Of a DNA stretch of 64,000 nt, positions 1-36,100 are shown piece by piece. Position 1 is the first letter of the stretch. Each line of letters begins with the position of its first letter. A model generated the notes under the pieces. The model had not been told where the DNA came from, made no database searches, and saw only the letters and a list, made by a program, of their open reading frames with translations. The DNA is taken from NCBI GenBank assembly GCA_012295275.1, contig CM022666.1:3968001-4032000 (forward strand). The letters run 5' to 3'. Source of the stretch: Chrysomallon squamiferum. Lineage: Eukaryota; Animalia; Mollusca. The position numbers and the translations under genes were made by a program.

Positions 1-91
1 AAAAAAAAAAAAAACCAAAACATACTTTAACAGAAACTAAAAATATTCATAAAACATCATCTCAGTTTCTAGAGAGAGATAAACACTAGTC

Positions 92-123
<32 letters not shown>

Positions 124-1916
124 CTCCCCACTCAAATGGTTGTATGTCTACGTGCTCGAAGTCACATGGTATGTTTTTCTACGATCTGAAGCTGAAGTTT
201 TAAATAACATTGCTGACTGTGGGCATAGAATTTTGTCTTCTTTGGGATTTGGGGTGGGGGGTCTCCCCATTTTCAGTATTTTGGAATGCTATTGATATTG
301 TGAAATTTAGCAGAGGTTTAATTTAGCAGTCAGTGCTATATGTATGATGTTTTATATCCCATGCTGAATTAGAAACTGAATTTATCAAGTGTGTAGATTT
401 GAAGAATTTTTATTTTTTCAAACTTTTTGAAAAATACTTTGATTCAGAGAGAGATAGATAAAAGAGAAAAGAGTGTGTTTGTGCGTGTCTGTGTGAGTTT
501 ATGTATGTATGTACGGTTATATATTAATATATTTAAAAGGGTTTGAGTCTGAATGAGTGCGTGCGTGCGTGCGTGCGTGTGTGTGTGTGTGTGTGTGTGC
601 TTAACTATATACATGCATATATAATACACAGGATCGTATATCTTTAATCCTTTTGACTAACACTTATTATTTATTGTCAATTTAAAAGTTTAAAAAGTTT
701 TTGTTTGTTATTATATTTACCTTTTAGTAATATGTGTACCTGCAGCTAATGAGGTTTTGTTTGTGAAATTTGAGAACTGTTTACTTTAAAGTTTTTTTTA
801 AATAGCACCAAAAATAACTGTTATTATTGTCTAGACTTTTTTTTTTTAGGTAAATGTTTATCAATTTTTTTCTTATTTTTTATGCTATATTTTCCTCTTT
901 TTATTTCCTTTTCTTTTTTATTAAATTTTTTTTTAAAATTTTCTATCTTTTTTTCTTTATCCTTCTTTTCATTTATTTATTTTGTTATTAAGTGTTTTAT
1001 ATTTAGTTGATTATTTTTTAATTATTGCCATTAACTGTTTTCGACAGCATTTTTTATTTTAAATATTTTTCCTTCTCATTAACAGCTGTATATGGACTTC
1101 TGTACAGTGTTACATATCTGACTTTTTTTTTTACCTAAGTCAGTTAATATGGCTGTTGTTGATTCAGTGTTTGCACCAATCTCTCTGCAGATATATTTTT
1201 AACCTTGTACTAGCTACAGATTGCATTATTCCAAAAATATCTTACTACTTCGCAAGTAATTTTGTTATTTTTGAAACGCATTAGCATCTTTCAAGTGATC
1301 TCTGATTGATGAATTAGATTATAGGGGGTAGAAAATAGATAAATGAAAATAAATAAATAAATGATGATGATGTTGATTATTGAAACACTATTATATCTAA
1401 AGGTTTAAAAAAAAAAATCTGTGCCAGGGAAAATATGTGTGTGTGAGAGAAAAAGAAACAGACAAAGAAATATATGTATACATTGAATTTTGTATTTTGT
1501 TTATGTATAAAGTGTGTGTGTGTGTGTGTTTTTGTGTTTGTGCAGAGAAAATAATTATTTTTGTGTGTGTGCATGGGAATTATTTTGGTTTTGTGATGAC
1601 TTCAGAAAGTAAACAAACAAAAGTAAAAGACTGATAGATCACTAGAAAGAAATAAACAAAAAAAAAAAGGGAAAAAGAGAGAGAACAGAAAAAAAAAGCA
1701 CATTCACAGACCTCTATATACAAACACAGAGGGTTAGAGATGACAAAGAGAACAACTAGAATCTGCACTAACAGAATCAAACAGGTGATTGTAACTCAGC
1801 CATTTTTATTAGCCCGTTCTGGCAGTATCCCAGGTGTGTGTTATGTTTCTAGGGATGAGCTCAGAGTAGTAAAATTCTGACTTAATTCCTTCCTGGCAAA
1901 CAAATAGTGTGCAGTA

Positions 1917-1956
<40 letters not shown>

Positions 1957-2139
1957 GTGTTTTTAACATCATCATAATTATTTTATTATTATTATTATTG
2001 TTTTATTATTATTATTTTTATCGTCATCATTTTTATTATTATTATTATTATTATTTTATCATCATCATTATCATTATTTTAATTATTTTATTATTATTAT
2101 TATTATATTTTATCATCATCATAATCATTATTTTTATTA

Positions 2140-2245
<106 letters not shown>

Positions 2246-2582
2246 TTTATTATTATTATTATTATATCTGTTGCTGTTTTTGTTTCACATCACAGTACAA
2301 GGTTATTTAGTGTAGTGAACTCTGGTGCAGAATAAAACAGGAATTTACTGTCAAAGCAACATGGTTATTTATTTGTGTCCTGCACTGAATGGAGAAAGAA
2401 ATTGATTTTTCTTCGCAGGTTATCGATGTGCAGCAGTGAATGGGCTTGGTTTGGCTGTTTTGATTGGATGATTCAAAAAAAAAAAAAAAAAAAAAGGTTT
2501 TGTTACTGATGTTTCCATTCAGTAGAGGATGTTGCATCAGATTAGAATGTTTGAATATTTTAATTTTGTTTATTTATTTTTT

Positions 2583-2680
<98 letters not shown>

Positions 2681-3733
2681 TTTATTTATATATTTTTTTG
2701 GACCTGGCAGTGGTTAATTAGAAAATCAAATCTCTTTTTGTCCTTGTTTTACATTTATCAGTTTTGGTAGATAACAAAATAGATATGATTTTTAATGATA
2801 ATATTTTTCCAACATTAGATCTCCTTCTCTTAATGCAAATTCAGTGTTTTTTATTTTGTTTTTTTTTTTTTTTTTTTTTTTTTTTTTCTCCTTTGCTTTC
2901 TTTAAAATGTCACTCTTAAAATTCAGGCTTTTCTCTTCATCTTTTTTCTGATTATCTCCTAAAACTGTTTTGTGCATTTGTCTCCCCATGCTTTCTTCAA
3001 AAATCAATCCTTTTTTTTTTTTTTTTTTTTCTCATGCTCTTCTCAAAATTTCTTTTCTTTTCTTTTCTTTTTCGTTTTCCTTTTTTTTTTTTTTTTTGGC
3101 ATTTAAAGCATTGCCCAAAATTTATACTGATGTTCTCGTCAAAATTTCTCCAATTTTTTTTTTTCACTCCTTGATGCTTTCCTCACAGTTCAGTTTTCTG
3201 CTCACTCAAAATTCAATCACCTCTTTTGTTTAAGAAAACATATATATATATATATATATATATATTTCCCTTTACTGTGATAATCTGTTGCCAACAATCT
3301 AGTAGTTTATGTAACTATCAGGAAACAAAAAAAAAGCACATTGGTAGGTAATCATTTACAGTTACTCGATTGTAATTCTGGGCGTAAAGCATTCCAGACT
3401 AAATCAGTTCCAGCAACTACCATTTCTGAGTATTACCACAGACATCATTACATGATGCCGCCACCTGCAGGTGTCAAAGGGGAGGCAACACCGGCAAGTC
3501 AAACGATTTATTACAACCTAGCTGCACGAACGTGTGCATTCTTTATCCATTGCATCCGGGAAAATTCCTTGGAACATCTGGGAAAATAGGTTGTTTCCTT
3601 TGATATGGAAAGAATAGCTTGAAGCTATCGGTAATTGTATTTTCAGATTCCTGATGTTTATATTGTGCATCAGTTATGTGGAAAATGTTAGCTTCTTAGT
3701 TGATGGGTTTAATAAAAGTGTGGGGTGTGTTTT

Positions 3734-3773
<40 letters not shown>

Positions 3774-4653
3774 GTGTGTGTGTGTGTGTGTCTGTAAGGG
3801 TGTTAGGGATATTTGGGTGTCTTATTCTGTGTTTGAAGTGGAAAAAATGAGGCATAAAAGTACTTAAAATACTGTTAATTAATTTATTTAACAAATGCAT
3901 CCATAGATCACTCCAGACATATGTATTTATTTATATATTTCCATGTACGTAGGCAACTACCTGACATCCATCCTGTAAACCACATATCTGTCTGTCTGTC
4001 CATGCATCTGATAATCCCTTACCCTCCTTTTCATTCATCCATTCATCTGTCCATTTACCCTTTCACATACTCAAGTATTAAAGAGCTGGCTCTTTGCTAT
4101 ATAGAAAAATGTTTCTGTTTAAAAAAACAAAACAAAAACAAAAACAAACAATGATGTTATCTCTTACAATGTTACTTTTAAATAAAAAAGAGTGAAAAAG
4201 AAAAGATAATATATATATAAAAAAAAAAAAAAAAAATGGCAGCTAACAACAGAGGTTTATCATTTTTACACCCATCAACCTGCCTAAAAATGTTGTATAA
4301 TTTAACCCCACATATATTTATTTCTTTTTTCTTTTCACCAACAAATGTTTTGGATTTCTTCTTTCACTGAGCAATAAAAAGTGTCTGTCTGTCTGTCAGC
4401 AAGAAATAAATCTGTAAAGGAACATCGTATGCCTCGCATATTCAGAGGAAACTGCAGCAATTGAGAACACACTGTAGACAAATAACAAATAACTGATTAT
4501 GATTTCTCAGCAACTTATTTTAAACACTCGTAGAGTGAATATCTTGTGGTTCTGTTGTTGGTGTGCAGGTCTCAGCAAGACCAGAACAAAGGATCAAACC
4601 TCTTCAGTGGAGCAATTTCCTTTTACAAAGTATTCTTTCTGTTTCTTTTAATT

Positions 4654-4684
<31 letters not shown>

Positions 4685-6186
4685 CATGCGTGTGTGTGTG
4701 TGTGTGCGTGTGTCTGTTTGTGTCTCTTTCTCTCTCTGTACGTCTCATTCATTCCCCTTCTATATATGATAAGATAAATAATAAAAGACTCCTTGCTGCT
4801 TGTGAAAAAAAGAATAATTCATTACATGGTTGTAATTGGTTACCACTTTCATGTATGTGTGTCTGTGTATATCTGTTTATCTATCTTTTCAGTTGTCTCT
4901 TGATAATCTTAACCTACATGCCTGTATTATATATTCTATACCAAGATCTGATGTTGCTAACTATAGCGCTTACAAAAGATACACGTTCTTTTCTAATAAT
5001 ACGAATATAAAAAAAAAATGTGGTTTATTACTCCTGGTAAAGAGTTGATCCTGCAACCCAACCCAGGGAAAACTGTGACACCTGTTGCCATGGTTCCAGA
5101 CTCGAGTTTTTAATTGTAGCCATTTGTGCTGAGTTGCAGTGGTGGGCGATGTTATCAGTGATCTGTGTACATGATAGTCTGGGATATCACTCGCAGTCTG
5201 TCTGTCTGTCTGTGCTGAATGTGCATTTTTTTTTCTCTTGTCTCGAAAAGTTCTCTTTCATTCTTCTGTTTCTTGTTGTTGTTTTTTTTAAATTCTTTTT
5301 TTTTTTTTTTTTTTCCTGTTTTACTGTCTGTCTGTCTCTTGTTTCTATTTTCTGCTATTTCACTGTCTCTTTTTTTAATTTTTTAAATTTTTTATTTGTT
5401 CCTCTTTTTTTTAATCTCTATCTCTTTTTCCCTTTTCTTCTATTTTTTTAGCTGTCTGTTTTCTTCTATTTTTGTCAGGCATTCTCATTTCTTCCATTTC
5501 TTTCTCTTTTTTGTTTATTTTTCTTTCATTCTTTTGTTTATTTTTCTTTTGTTCTTTTGTTTTTGTCCATATCCTGTTTTTTTTTCTGTTTCTATCATGT
5601 GTGTCTTTTTTTCTGTCTGTCACTCTTTCTCTTCCATTATTCTTTTTATCAGATTTTTTATTCCTTTTGAAATAACATAAATTGAATTCAAGATTTATTT
5701 CATTTTTTTTTAATTTCTCTTAATGACGTTAACATTTATTTTCATTCTATTGCTCATTATTGACATTTAATTTATTTCTCATTGCCTTTTGTTGTGAAAA
5801 ATAATGGATTGACATTTTTTATTGCATATATAAAATATCTATTAAACTGTTAGTGCAAAGCAATTAAAAGTGAAGAATTAGTTTTTTTCAGGGCATTCTC
5901 TCTACCTCTAACAAACACACACACAAACAAAAATATACACGCACATACATACATGCATATATACATCAGGGTTCATGCAAGTGGCAACCTCTTGTACTAA
6001 ACCTCACCTTACTTTTAACCACTGGCAAAGTTATAATAATAATGATCATCACAATCAATCAATCAATCAATTAATCAATCAATCAATGATGATGATGATG
6101 ATGATCAAAAAAATTCTTTTCCATTCCTAAAGTACATCCATATATTTAAGAAGGCCTTTCCTGGGCAAATACAATAATTACCTCCA

Positions 6187-6199
6187 AGGTCAATGACCT
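6187..6199. promoter_or_regulatory. Perfect IR1 nuclear-receptor element AGGTCA-A-TGACCT, overlapping CCAAGGTCA
   Basis: Exact motif match; function untested. Confidence 0.4.
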
Positions 6200-7253
6200 G
6201 TTTAGTTTTCATTTGTTTTAAACAAAGCAGAAGAAAAAGTGCTTACAGAAGATACGGTTGACTGCACTTCCTGTGAAATGCAGCCTGGGAGACTTTATTT
6301 TTAAGTGATTTTTATTTTTTTAAATTTCTTTGAAAAAAAGAAAAGAAAGGGCTGTTGGGATGAAATGTGCATGTCAGAATGACAAAACACCATGTTACAA
6401 TGACATGAGACAAAAAGAAAAAAAAAAAAAACAAAACAAATCAAACAATGTGCTTGTTTGTTGTACAGAATATTTGGTCCTGTTTAAACATTATGTCTTC
6501 TTTGATATATATATATATCAGAAATGGTATAATACAAGAAAAAGGGAGGGAGAATTTTGGCAATTTATTTTTATTTAGATCTTTTTAAACACAAACACAA
6601 ACATATACATTTTCATTCAGACATGCACGCATGCACGCATCTTCAACAAATTTTATATGTGCAAAATTAAATGAGACTGCTTTGAGGGTTTCGGTTTCTG
6701 GTGAGAACTGGGACAAAACCATTTAGCTAGAATCGGGCAGCATGAAGTGCGTGCATGTTATGCACATGTGTACTGCATTTACTTCAGTGTGATTCAGCAC
6801 ATTGACGTTGCAGAAATATGCTCATAGAAGAGATAAAAACTTTCAGTTGGGGAAATTATCACGGTTACGGTTTCTTTACATTTGTTTTGATGGGAAAAAA
6901 AACAACAACAACAACAAAAAAAAAAAAAATAAAAATGAAAGAAAAAAATTTGAAAGAGAAGTTGAACATCACTTCTAAAATTCATGAATCCGAAAATCAC
7001 AGAAATTACACTTTTTGGATGGTTTAGTGTAAATAAACTTTACATCATGCAGAAATTGGTTAAACATGTTTCATAGAACCGTACTGAGGCTATGTTTATA
7101 AACTGGATATGAAGTGTAAATGGATTTCATATTAAAGTTATTTAATTAAATTCAGAAATCAAAAAAAAAGTTAATAAATCTTTTGCCTCCAGCCTTTTGG
7201 AAAAGAAAATTTTAATCTGTATATGTATTTAAAAAATAAAATAAAATAATAAT

Positions 7254-7288
<35 letters not shown>

Positions 7289-8385
7289 TAAAATAATAAT
7301 TATAACAACAACAACAAAAAGAAAAACAATCCATAAAAATGTGTTTTTAATCTTGTTCAAAAATAAAATTTAACTAGAGTCATTTTTTCTGCCTGTTCTT
7401 TGTAACTAACATAGTTTAACTCAACCCATTCAGCGAAAATGATTTATGTTATTACCAGATTGCATGCAGAGTTAAATTTGCTTACAAATCATTTTTCATA
7501 AGTGTTAAAAATAAAGAAAACAAAAAAAAGATACAGTAACATATGTCTATGTAATCAAAATAGCTGTTTGATAGTCATTCAGTACGAAATAATTTTTTAA
7601 AATTCACTTTTCAGTAATTATTTTTGGAATAGATGGCGATTATATTGGTAATATATAACATGGTTATTTGTTTACATACACTGAATAAAGTTTGGCCTAC
7701 ATTCGTTATAATACAAGTGTCCATGTAGTTGTATTTATGTAACTAAATATGTGTAAGCCTATGTTTGTGTATTTATCTGCTTGCTTAAGACATTCCTTGT
7801 ATACTTACATAAATAAATGTAATTATGTTAAATTTATGATTATCATACACACACACACAAAGCAAACACACACCAAAAAAAACAAAAACAAATAATATAA
7901 CCACAACAAACACTTGCAAATGCTCATTATCAAAAGCACCGATGATGATAAACATATTAAAATGATCTGTACAGACCATCACAGTTGTTCGTTCGACATC
8001 TTGTAGCCATTATTATGTTCACACACACAAAAATACTTGTAAATACTCCACATTACATGCATTCATCAGGAATGTTCTGGGAAATGATGTATTCAAGCCA
8101 CTGCATTTTTTCATTGTTTCAGCTCAGTGCTTGCATCAGCCCAACATTTCATTTCTTCCATTCATACGTGTGGTAAACATTACAGCCCATTGTAACCAAA
8201 AGGAATCGTTCCTTTATGAACTATAGCAATGTAATTCACAGCTGGAGAAATATTTTTTCATGTTGTTGTTGTTGTCGTTGTTTTAGTCTTCAGTGTATGA
8301 AATCTGAGAGAGTGGAAGGTTCTCAGTTCGAATCTGAATGATGTAACTGGTTTATTAATTGTTTTTATTTATATTATTTTTATTT

Positions 8386-8417
<32 letters not shown>

Positions 8418-8518
8418 CTTCTGATAATTGTTAACAGTTTCTGGTGATTGTGTGGATTTGCTTGTTTGAGTTTTTACGTATGTGTTAATGTTACTGTCAC
8501 TTTTTGTGTCTCTCTCTG

Positions 8519-8562
<44 letters not shown>

Positions 8563-10172
8563 AGTGTGTGTGTGTCTGTCTCGCTCTTTCTGTCTTATAA
8601 GAGTTTCGGAAAACAGGAAATGTATAAATCAAATTTTTTTATTATCTATAAATTGATTATTTTTCAAAGTACATGCTTTGACTTAATAAACAAAGATTAA
8701 AAACTGATGTGGCATACAAACTGCAGCAATTGAGAACACACTGTAGATAATGATCAAAGGACCGATTATGATTTCTCAGTAACTTGTCACATAAACCATT
8801 TAATAGCATTACTTAAATATACAACATGAACCCAACTTTGCATTCAGCCTTCATCTGACAGATATCTCATAAACTTGAGAAAAAGGAAGAATAAATATTT
8901 AACTGTATTTCAATAATCAATATTAATAGAACAACCTTTAGCCTTCACTCTGTAAGCTTCAGTATCGGTTAGCAGTAAGTAACTTTTTATGTGCACCTGC
9001 CCGTAGACAGGAGAGCATTAGCACAGCCTTTGATGCTAGGACATCAGATATGTCAACAAATTACCATTAAGGCAACATAAAAAGCAAACAGCTGTCTTGT
9101 TTGTTTTGTTATTTAATTATTTCAGCAAGAATAAAAGTACAACCTATGTTGCACTAATCCCTCTTGACAGCAGGCACTCAGTTCTGACAGCTTTGTAATT
9201 CTTTTGAAGTGTGGTATGTGGATTTAAAAACAATAAAAATAAATATGGACGAAAAATAGCATACAGTTTATCCTGGCTTAGAATGTGTGTCATTGCTTTT
9301 TGGTTTTTGTTTTGTTTTCTTCTTTTCTTTTTATTATTATTATTAGTAGTAGTAGTAGTAGTAGTTATAGTAGTAGTAGTAGTATTAGTAGTATTAATAG
9401 TATTATTAGTATTATCATTAATATTATCATCATCATCATCATTAGTATTATTAGTAGTATTATTTGTGCCATATCAGTTAAAAATTATAGAGCTTACCAA
9501 AATAAAACAGACATATCTATATTAAAAATTTTTCTTCTTCTTCTTCTTCTTCATTGTATTGTTGTTGTTGTTGTTGTTGTTATTACTGTTAGTTTCGGCA
9601 TCATTTTTTTCAAGCTTTACACAAAGTAAAGCCAACAATGACTTTAAAATATTCTTCTTCTTCTTTTTCTTCTTTAAAACTACCAATACTTCAACTACTT
9701 CTTTCATTATTTTTTGCTCGCATCACTTAAACAACTTATCAAAATATCTTTGTTATTTTGACGTCTGAATGTGGAGATTAGTGTAAGATTGATGTTTTAA
9801 TAAGCTCTCCGTAAATTACTTTTATTATCATCTGACAGTTATGGCAAATATCTGACATTCATGAGAAATACAAGTCTTTGTCAAAGGAGTTGTTAGACTT
9901 CTAATAAAACAGTGTCACAAGGGAGATAATCTGACATTTTTGATGGCCAGGTGTCATTCAGTTTCAGTAGAAATGATTTTTAGAATTTTAAAATTAATCT
10001 TAAAAAAAAGTTCATAATCTCACAGGCTGGCATGCACAGACAGACAGACACACACACACACACACACACACACACAACACTGATAGATATATACATTTTA
10101 TATACATTTTATATATATTCATTAATATATTTTATATGCATATGATGATATATGCATACATACACATACATG

Positions 10173-10259
<87 letters not shown>

Positions 10260-10397
10260 TTTAAACAGAGAAACACAAGCATATTTAATGCTTCTGTTTT
10301 AAATGCTTATTTTTTGTTATAATAATTATAATAACAAGATCAGATGAAGACAAAGAATATGTAATAATAGTAAATAAAAAAATAATAATAAGACAGG

Positions 10398-10428
<31 letters not shown>

Positions 10429-10487
10429 CAATAATAATAATAATAATAAGACAGGTTTTGTAAATTCTGAAATGATTGTTTCTGCAG

Positions 10488-31832
<21,345 letters not shown>

Positions 31833-33083
31833 AGTGTTTGAGTTATTCCCCCTTTTCCTTCTCTTCCCAAAGAAGTTAAAAAAAGAAAGATGTGCTGAAT
31901 TTATTTTTGTCTCTGCATATTACAGTTACGAAAGGAGAAAAGTAAAACGAGTGGATTATTTCCATGCCCTTCTGAAGATGAAATTGAAATGATGAAGTTT
32001 TTTTTTGGGGGGTGCTTTTGCATATTATTATTATGTGTTGCAACAGATGAATGAGAAATGAAATATTTTTTTTCTGTTGTTATTGTTGTTGTTTATTTTG
32101 TTTTTAATTCAAAAAGGAGGAAGTTTAAGAAAACAACAACACCAAAAAAATACAGTGAAGAAATTTCTGTTATGTAGGTTGGAAGCAAACTAAACCATTT
32201 TTTTTTCTTTCTTTCTTTCTTTTTTTTTGTTTTTGTTTTTGTTTTTATGCCATGAAAAATAAGATTTTAAAAAACATGATTTATAAATGTATGTGACTTT
32301 TTTCTTCTTCTTCTTTTTTTTAAAAATATATAAATTGCATGAACTGATCGTTTCAAAACAACTTCATGTAATGCCATCATCTTTGGCAAAACTGATCACT
32401 CAGATGCTTAAATCATTTTCAACTTTATTGGATTTTTTTTCCTCGACAAAAGAAAATGATGATGTTCTCGTAAGTTTTCATTTCTGAGTAGTGTTTTAAG
32501 GAAAAATGAGTGGTGATTATTTTTTCTTGGATTGGTGGAAGTTTTGTGCCTGTATTTTAGAAAGAACTGAGAAGAAACTTGTAAGAGGATTTTGTTGTCA
32601 GTTTTGACTGACGAGAGCATAAAAATAAAAACCAGGATTGAATCCAGTCAGGAGAAAATGAGCCAATTATATTATCTCAGAGAGAAAAATAACATGAAAA
32701 GTGGCTTTTGGAATTAAAAAAAAGAAAGAAAAAAGATTGGAAAATACCTGTAACAGTTTGAAAAATTGAATAGATTTCTACATTTTTTTAATTTATTTTT
32801 TTATGTGTTTTTTTGTTTTTGTTTTTTTTAACACATAGCTGGTGTTGGGAAGCAGTAATTAAATTTAGAAGAGGAAAAAAAAAAAAACGAAGAATTACAA
32901 TCATAATAAACCAAAACTGTGGCTCACTGACGAAAACAACAAAAAAAACCCCATAATATTGATTTTTAAAATTGAAAAACATGAATAAACAAACGTAAAC
33001 AAAATTAAAAAGCTGCCGAATAAAATGACTAAAATTGTAAATGTTCTCCAGCTTACTCATCATGTGACATAAGGTGTTACTTG

Positions 33084-33125
<42 letters not shown>

Positions 33126-36100
33126 TTTATTTGAATAATGAAGCTGGGATTTCCCTCCCCCATTTTATTTTTGGTTGATGTCAATTAAGTTATATCTGCT
33201 GATGTGACTTTGTAAACTTGCTTATTGTCGGATGAAGGGAAAAATGAGGTGAAGAAATGGATCATCACCCTTGATTCTACAGTGATTAACTGCTTGTTAA
33301 ATAAATAAATAAATAATAATGTATATAAAACCAATAAAATTTTAAAAAAACCAAAACAACACAAAAAGGACAAAAACTTGAAGCAGAAAAAAAAAAAAAA
33401 AAAAAATCAACCTCCAAAACAACAGAAGGAAAAAAAACTAAACAAAACAACAACAAAAAAAAAAAAGTATCAAGAAATATTGTATTTGTTAATATTCTGC
33501 ATTCACGTTAAATGAATGTTCATGTATATACTTGTTATGATATAGTTACGATATACATTTTTTTTTTGTTTTTGTCTTAATCTGTTTTAAACTGCTTGGT
33601 AATATTGTGATAAAGGGTATTACACCCTGCACATAGTTATATATATATATATATGCCACTGTCTGGTTAAATAGTTAATTCTATTTTTCTCGTTGAATGA
33701 AATGAAAAGAAAAATATGTGTTCACAAACTAGTCATTGCAAAGAAAAGAAAAATAAGTAAAAACACTAAAATTGTCCATGTAACTTTTTGTCAGATAGAT
33801 ATTGTGAAGTAAGCTTGGAGTCGTACGTTTAAAAAATAATTTTGAATTTTTATTCTCCGATCATAAAGTAAATAATAAAATAAATGTGTATATAAATATA
33901 TTATCTATATATTGCCTTGATGTAAATGAGTAAGGTCGTATATAAGAAAAAATAAAAAAATAAATATATATGTTAGTTCATTTTTGTTGCAAAACTGCAA
34001 AGATTTCATATATATGGTGCTGTATAAAAATTAATTATCAGTTGCTCTTTAAGTCAAATTTTATTGCATCATTCGTGATATTGGGTGGGGCTAATATTTG
34101 ACTCCGCCCTCATCTGATGTATATGTATGACATGACTGTATAATAATATGTTTCATAATTAGGGATTTATTTTTTTTATTATTATTATTTTTTTTTAATT
34201 AAAACTGGAGGTGGTTTCCAGGTTGATGGGTTAATTTATGTTTTATTTTAATTAGTTGTACAGGCTTCATCATTTTAAATCATTTTATTAATTTTTATTA
34301 TAATAGTAGTAATAATAATAATTAATATTATCTTTATCCTTTATTGTTGTTACAGTCTTCATTTTTATTTTTTCATTTCCTTATTATATTTTGATTGAAT
34401 TTTTTTTTTTATTATTATTTTTTTTTTTTTTTGTTTTTTAGTTTTTGTTTTGTTTACCTGGTATTGTTAGCTCACCTGATGTTAAATGTAAAATAAATCT
34501 AACTTTGAGGCAATGGTGGAAGATTGTTTTCATGGAGGTGGAGCTTTTGTGGAAAGATGTCTTTATGCATGATCTCTCTGGTTTTTATTATCATTATTAT
34601 TATCATTTTTATTTAAATTTTTCTGTCAAAAAATTGTTTTTAAATATTTCAAGTAATTTATGATCTTTGTATGTGTGTATTATCTGGTTATCATTATTAT
34701 TATTATTATGGGGTTTGTGGGGGGGGGGGGTTCCTGGTATAATAATAAGATCATAAAACCAGTTTTTAAAGTTAAATATTTTTAAGTTAAAAATAAAAAA
34801 TTTTATCAAAAGATTTATATAAAAGAATGTTACTGTACTAAAGTAAATAAATTAATTAATTAAATTAATAATTTATGTTTACTTTTATTAAGCATGAATA
34901 TGATACAATTCTGCATAAATTTTAAAACCTCAAGAAATTAAATACATCACATGTTTGAGAAAACATTTTATTTTTATTATTATTTTTATTATTATTATTA
35001 CTATTATTATTACTATTTTAAGAATAAAAAAATAAAAAATAAAAATTTTAGGTGTTAAATTTATAATTTATTTTTTTTGTTTATTTTTTATTTATTTTTT
35101 TTTTATTATTATTTTTTTAATTATTATTTATTTATTTGTTTATTTATTTATTTAAAACAGTGAAAAAGAAAATTTGTATTAAACTAACATTTTCAGTATC
35201 TGGTGAGTTGACATACCTATTTTTATTATTATTTTCATTACCTTTTTTTTTTTTAAACCAAATTTTTTTTAAATTATTATTATTACATTTTTAATATTTT
35301 TGACTCATGCAAATTCTGCATGTTTAGTTTAACAAATTGTGGCAAAATATCTATTTTTTAATTAGTCATTATATCCTTGTCATCTCAAAAAAAAAAACAA
35401 ATTTTCTATAAAGTTTTTAGCTGATGGTTATTTTTTTATCTTCTTCATTAACTTTGTTATTTTATTATTTTTATTTAATTGCAGGTCTTTTAATTGATAG
35501 TTTCATATATACTAGTTATAAAGCAATATTTTGTTTTTAAATATTGACAAGAATAAAGAAATAATAACAATTAATAACTGACTGTACAATGGTTTTTATT
35601 TTATGGGGTTTTGTTTTTTTTCAGATTGTAAATGATTCATTATTAATTATTTTTATTTTACTATTATTACTATTATTATGAAACCACTGTTTGAAAATAT
35701 AAAAATGAAAGTTAAAAATTAAAACCAAATATCTTAAAAATAATATTGGTTTCCTTTTATTAGTATTACTGTTATTAATTCATCAATTTAAAATATTTTG
35801 TTAGGTTTTCTGATTACCAAATTTTTCAAAAGAAATTACTGAAGAAAAAAAATTCTTAACAACAGGCAGCACCTTTAACCAGTAAAACATAATAAAATTT
35901 ACAAATTTATTTAATATCCAGAAATGGATAAATGAAAACACTTGTAAACATTATTTAGGTCCAGGGTTTTTTGGTACAGTTCAAACCAGACTTTAACTTA
36001 TGACCAAATAAAATAGGCCATAAAGAACTCTATTTAATTTTTAACATTTCTTGAAGTAATAGACAAGATGCCATCTCTAATTCTTATAGTATTTGTACAG

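Noticed and set aside
3341-3589. ORF containing YYHRHHYMMPPPAG, which could end in phase 1 and splice to 10488
   Set aside because: The donor GTGTCA is poor, there is no clear acceptor, and it does not resemble the expected FNDC3 VILVQVNPGE-type exon. It cannot be supported without RNA data.
5045-5113. LILQPNPGKTV resembling the FNDC3 upstream exon motif VILVQVNPGETF
   Set aside because: The similarity is short and gapped, an in-frame stop follows, and there are no credible splice sites.
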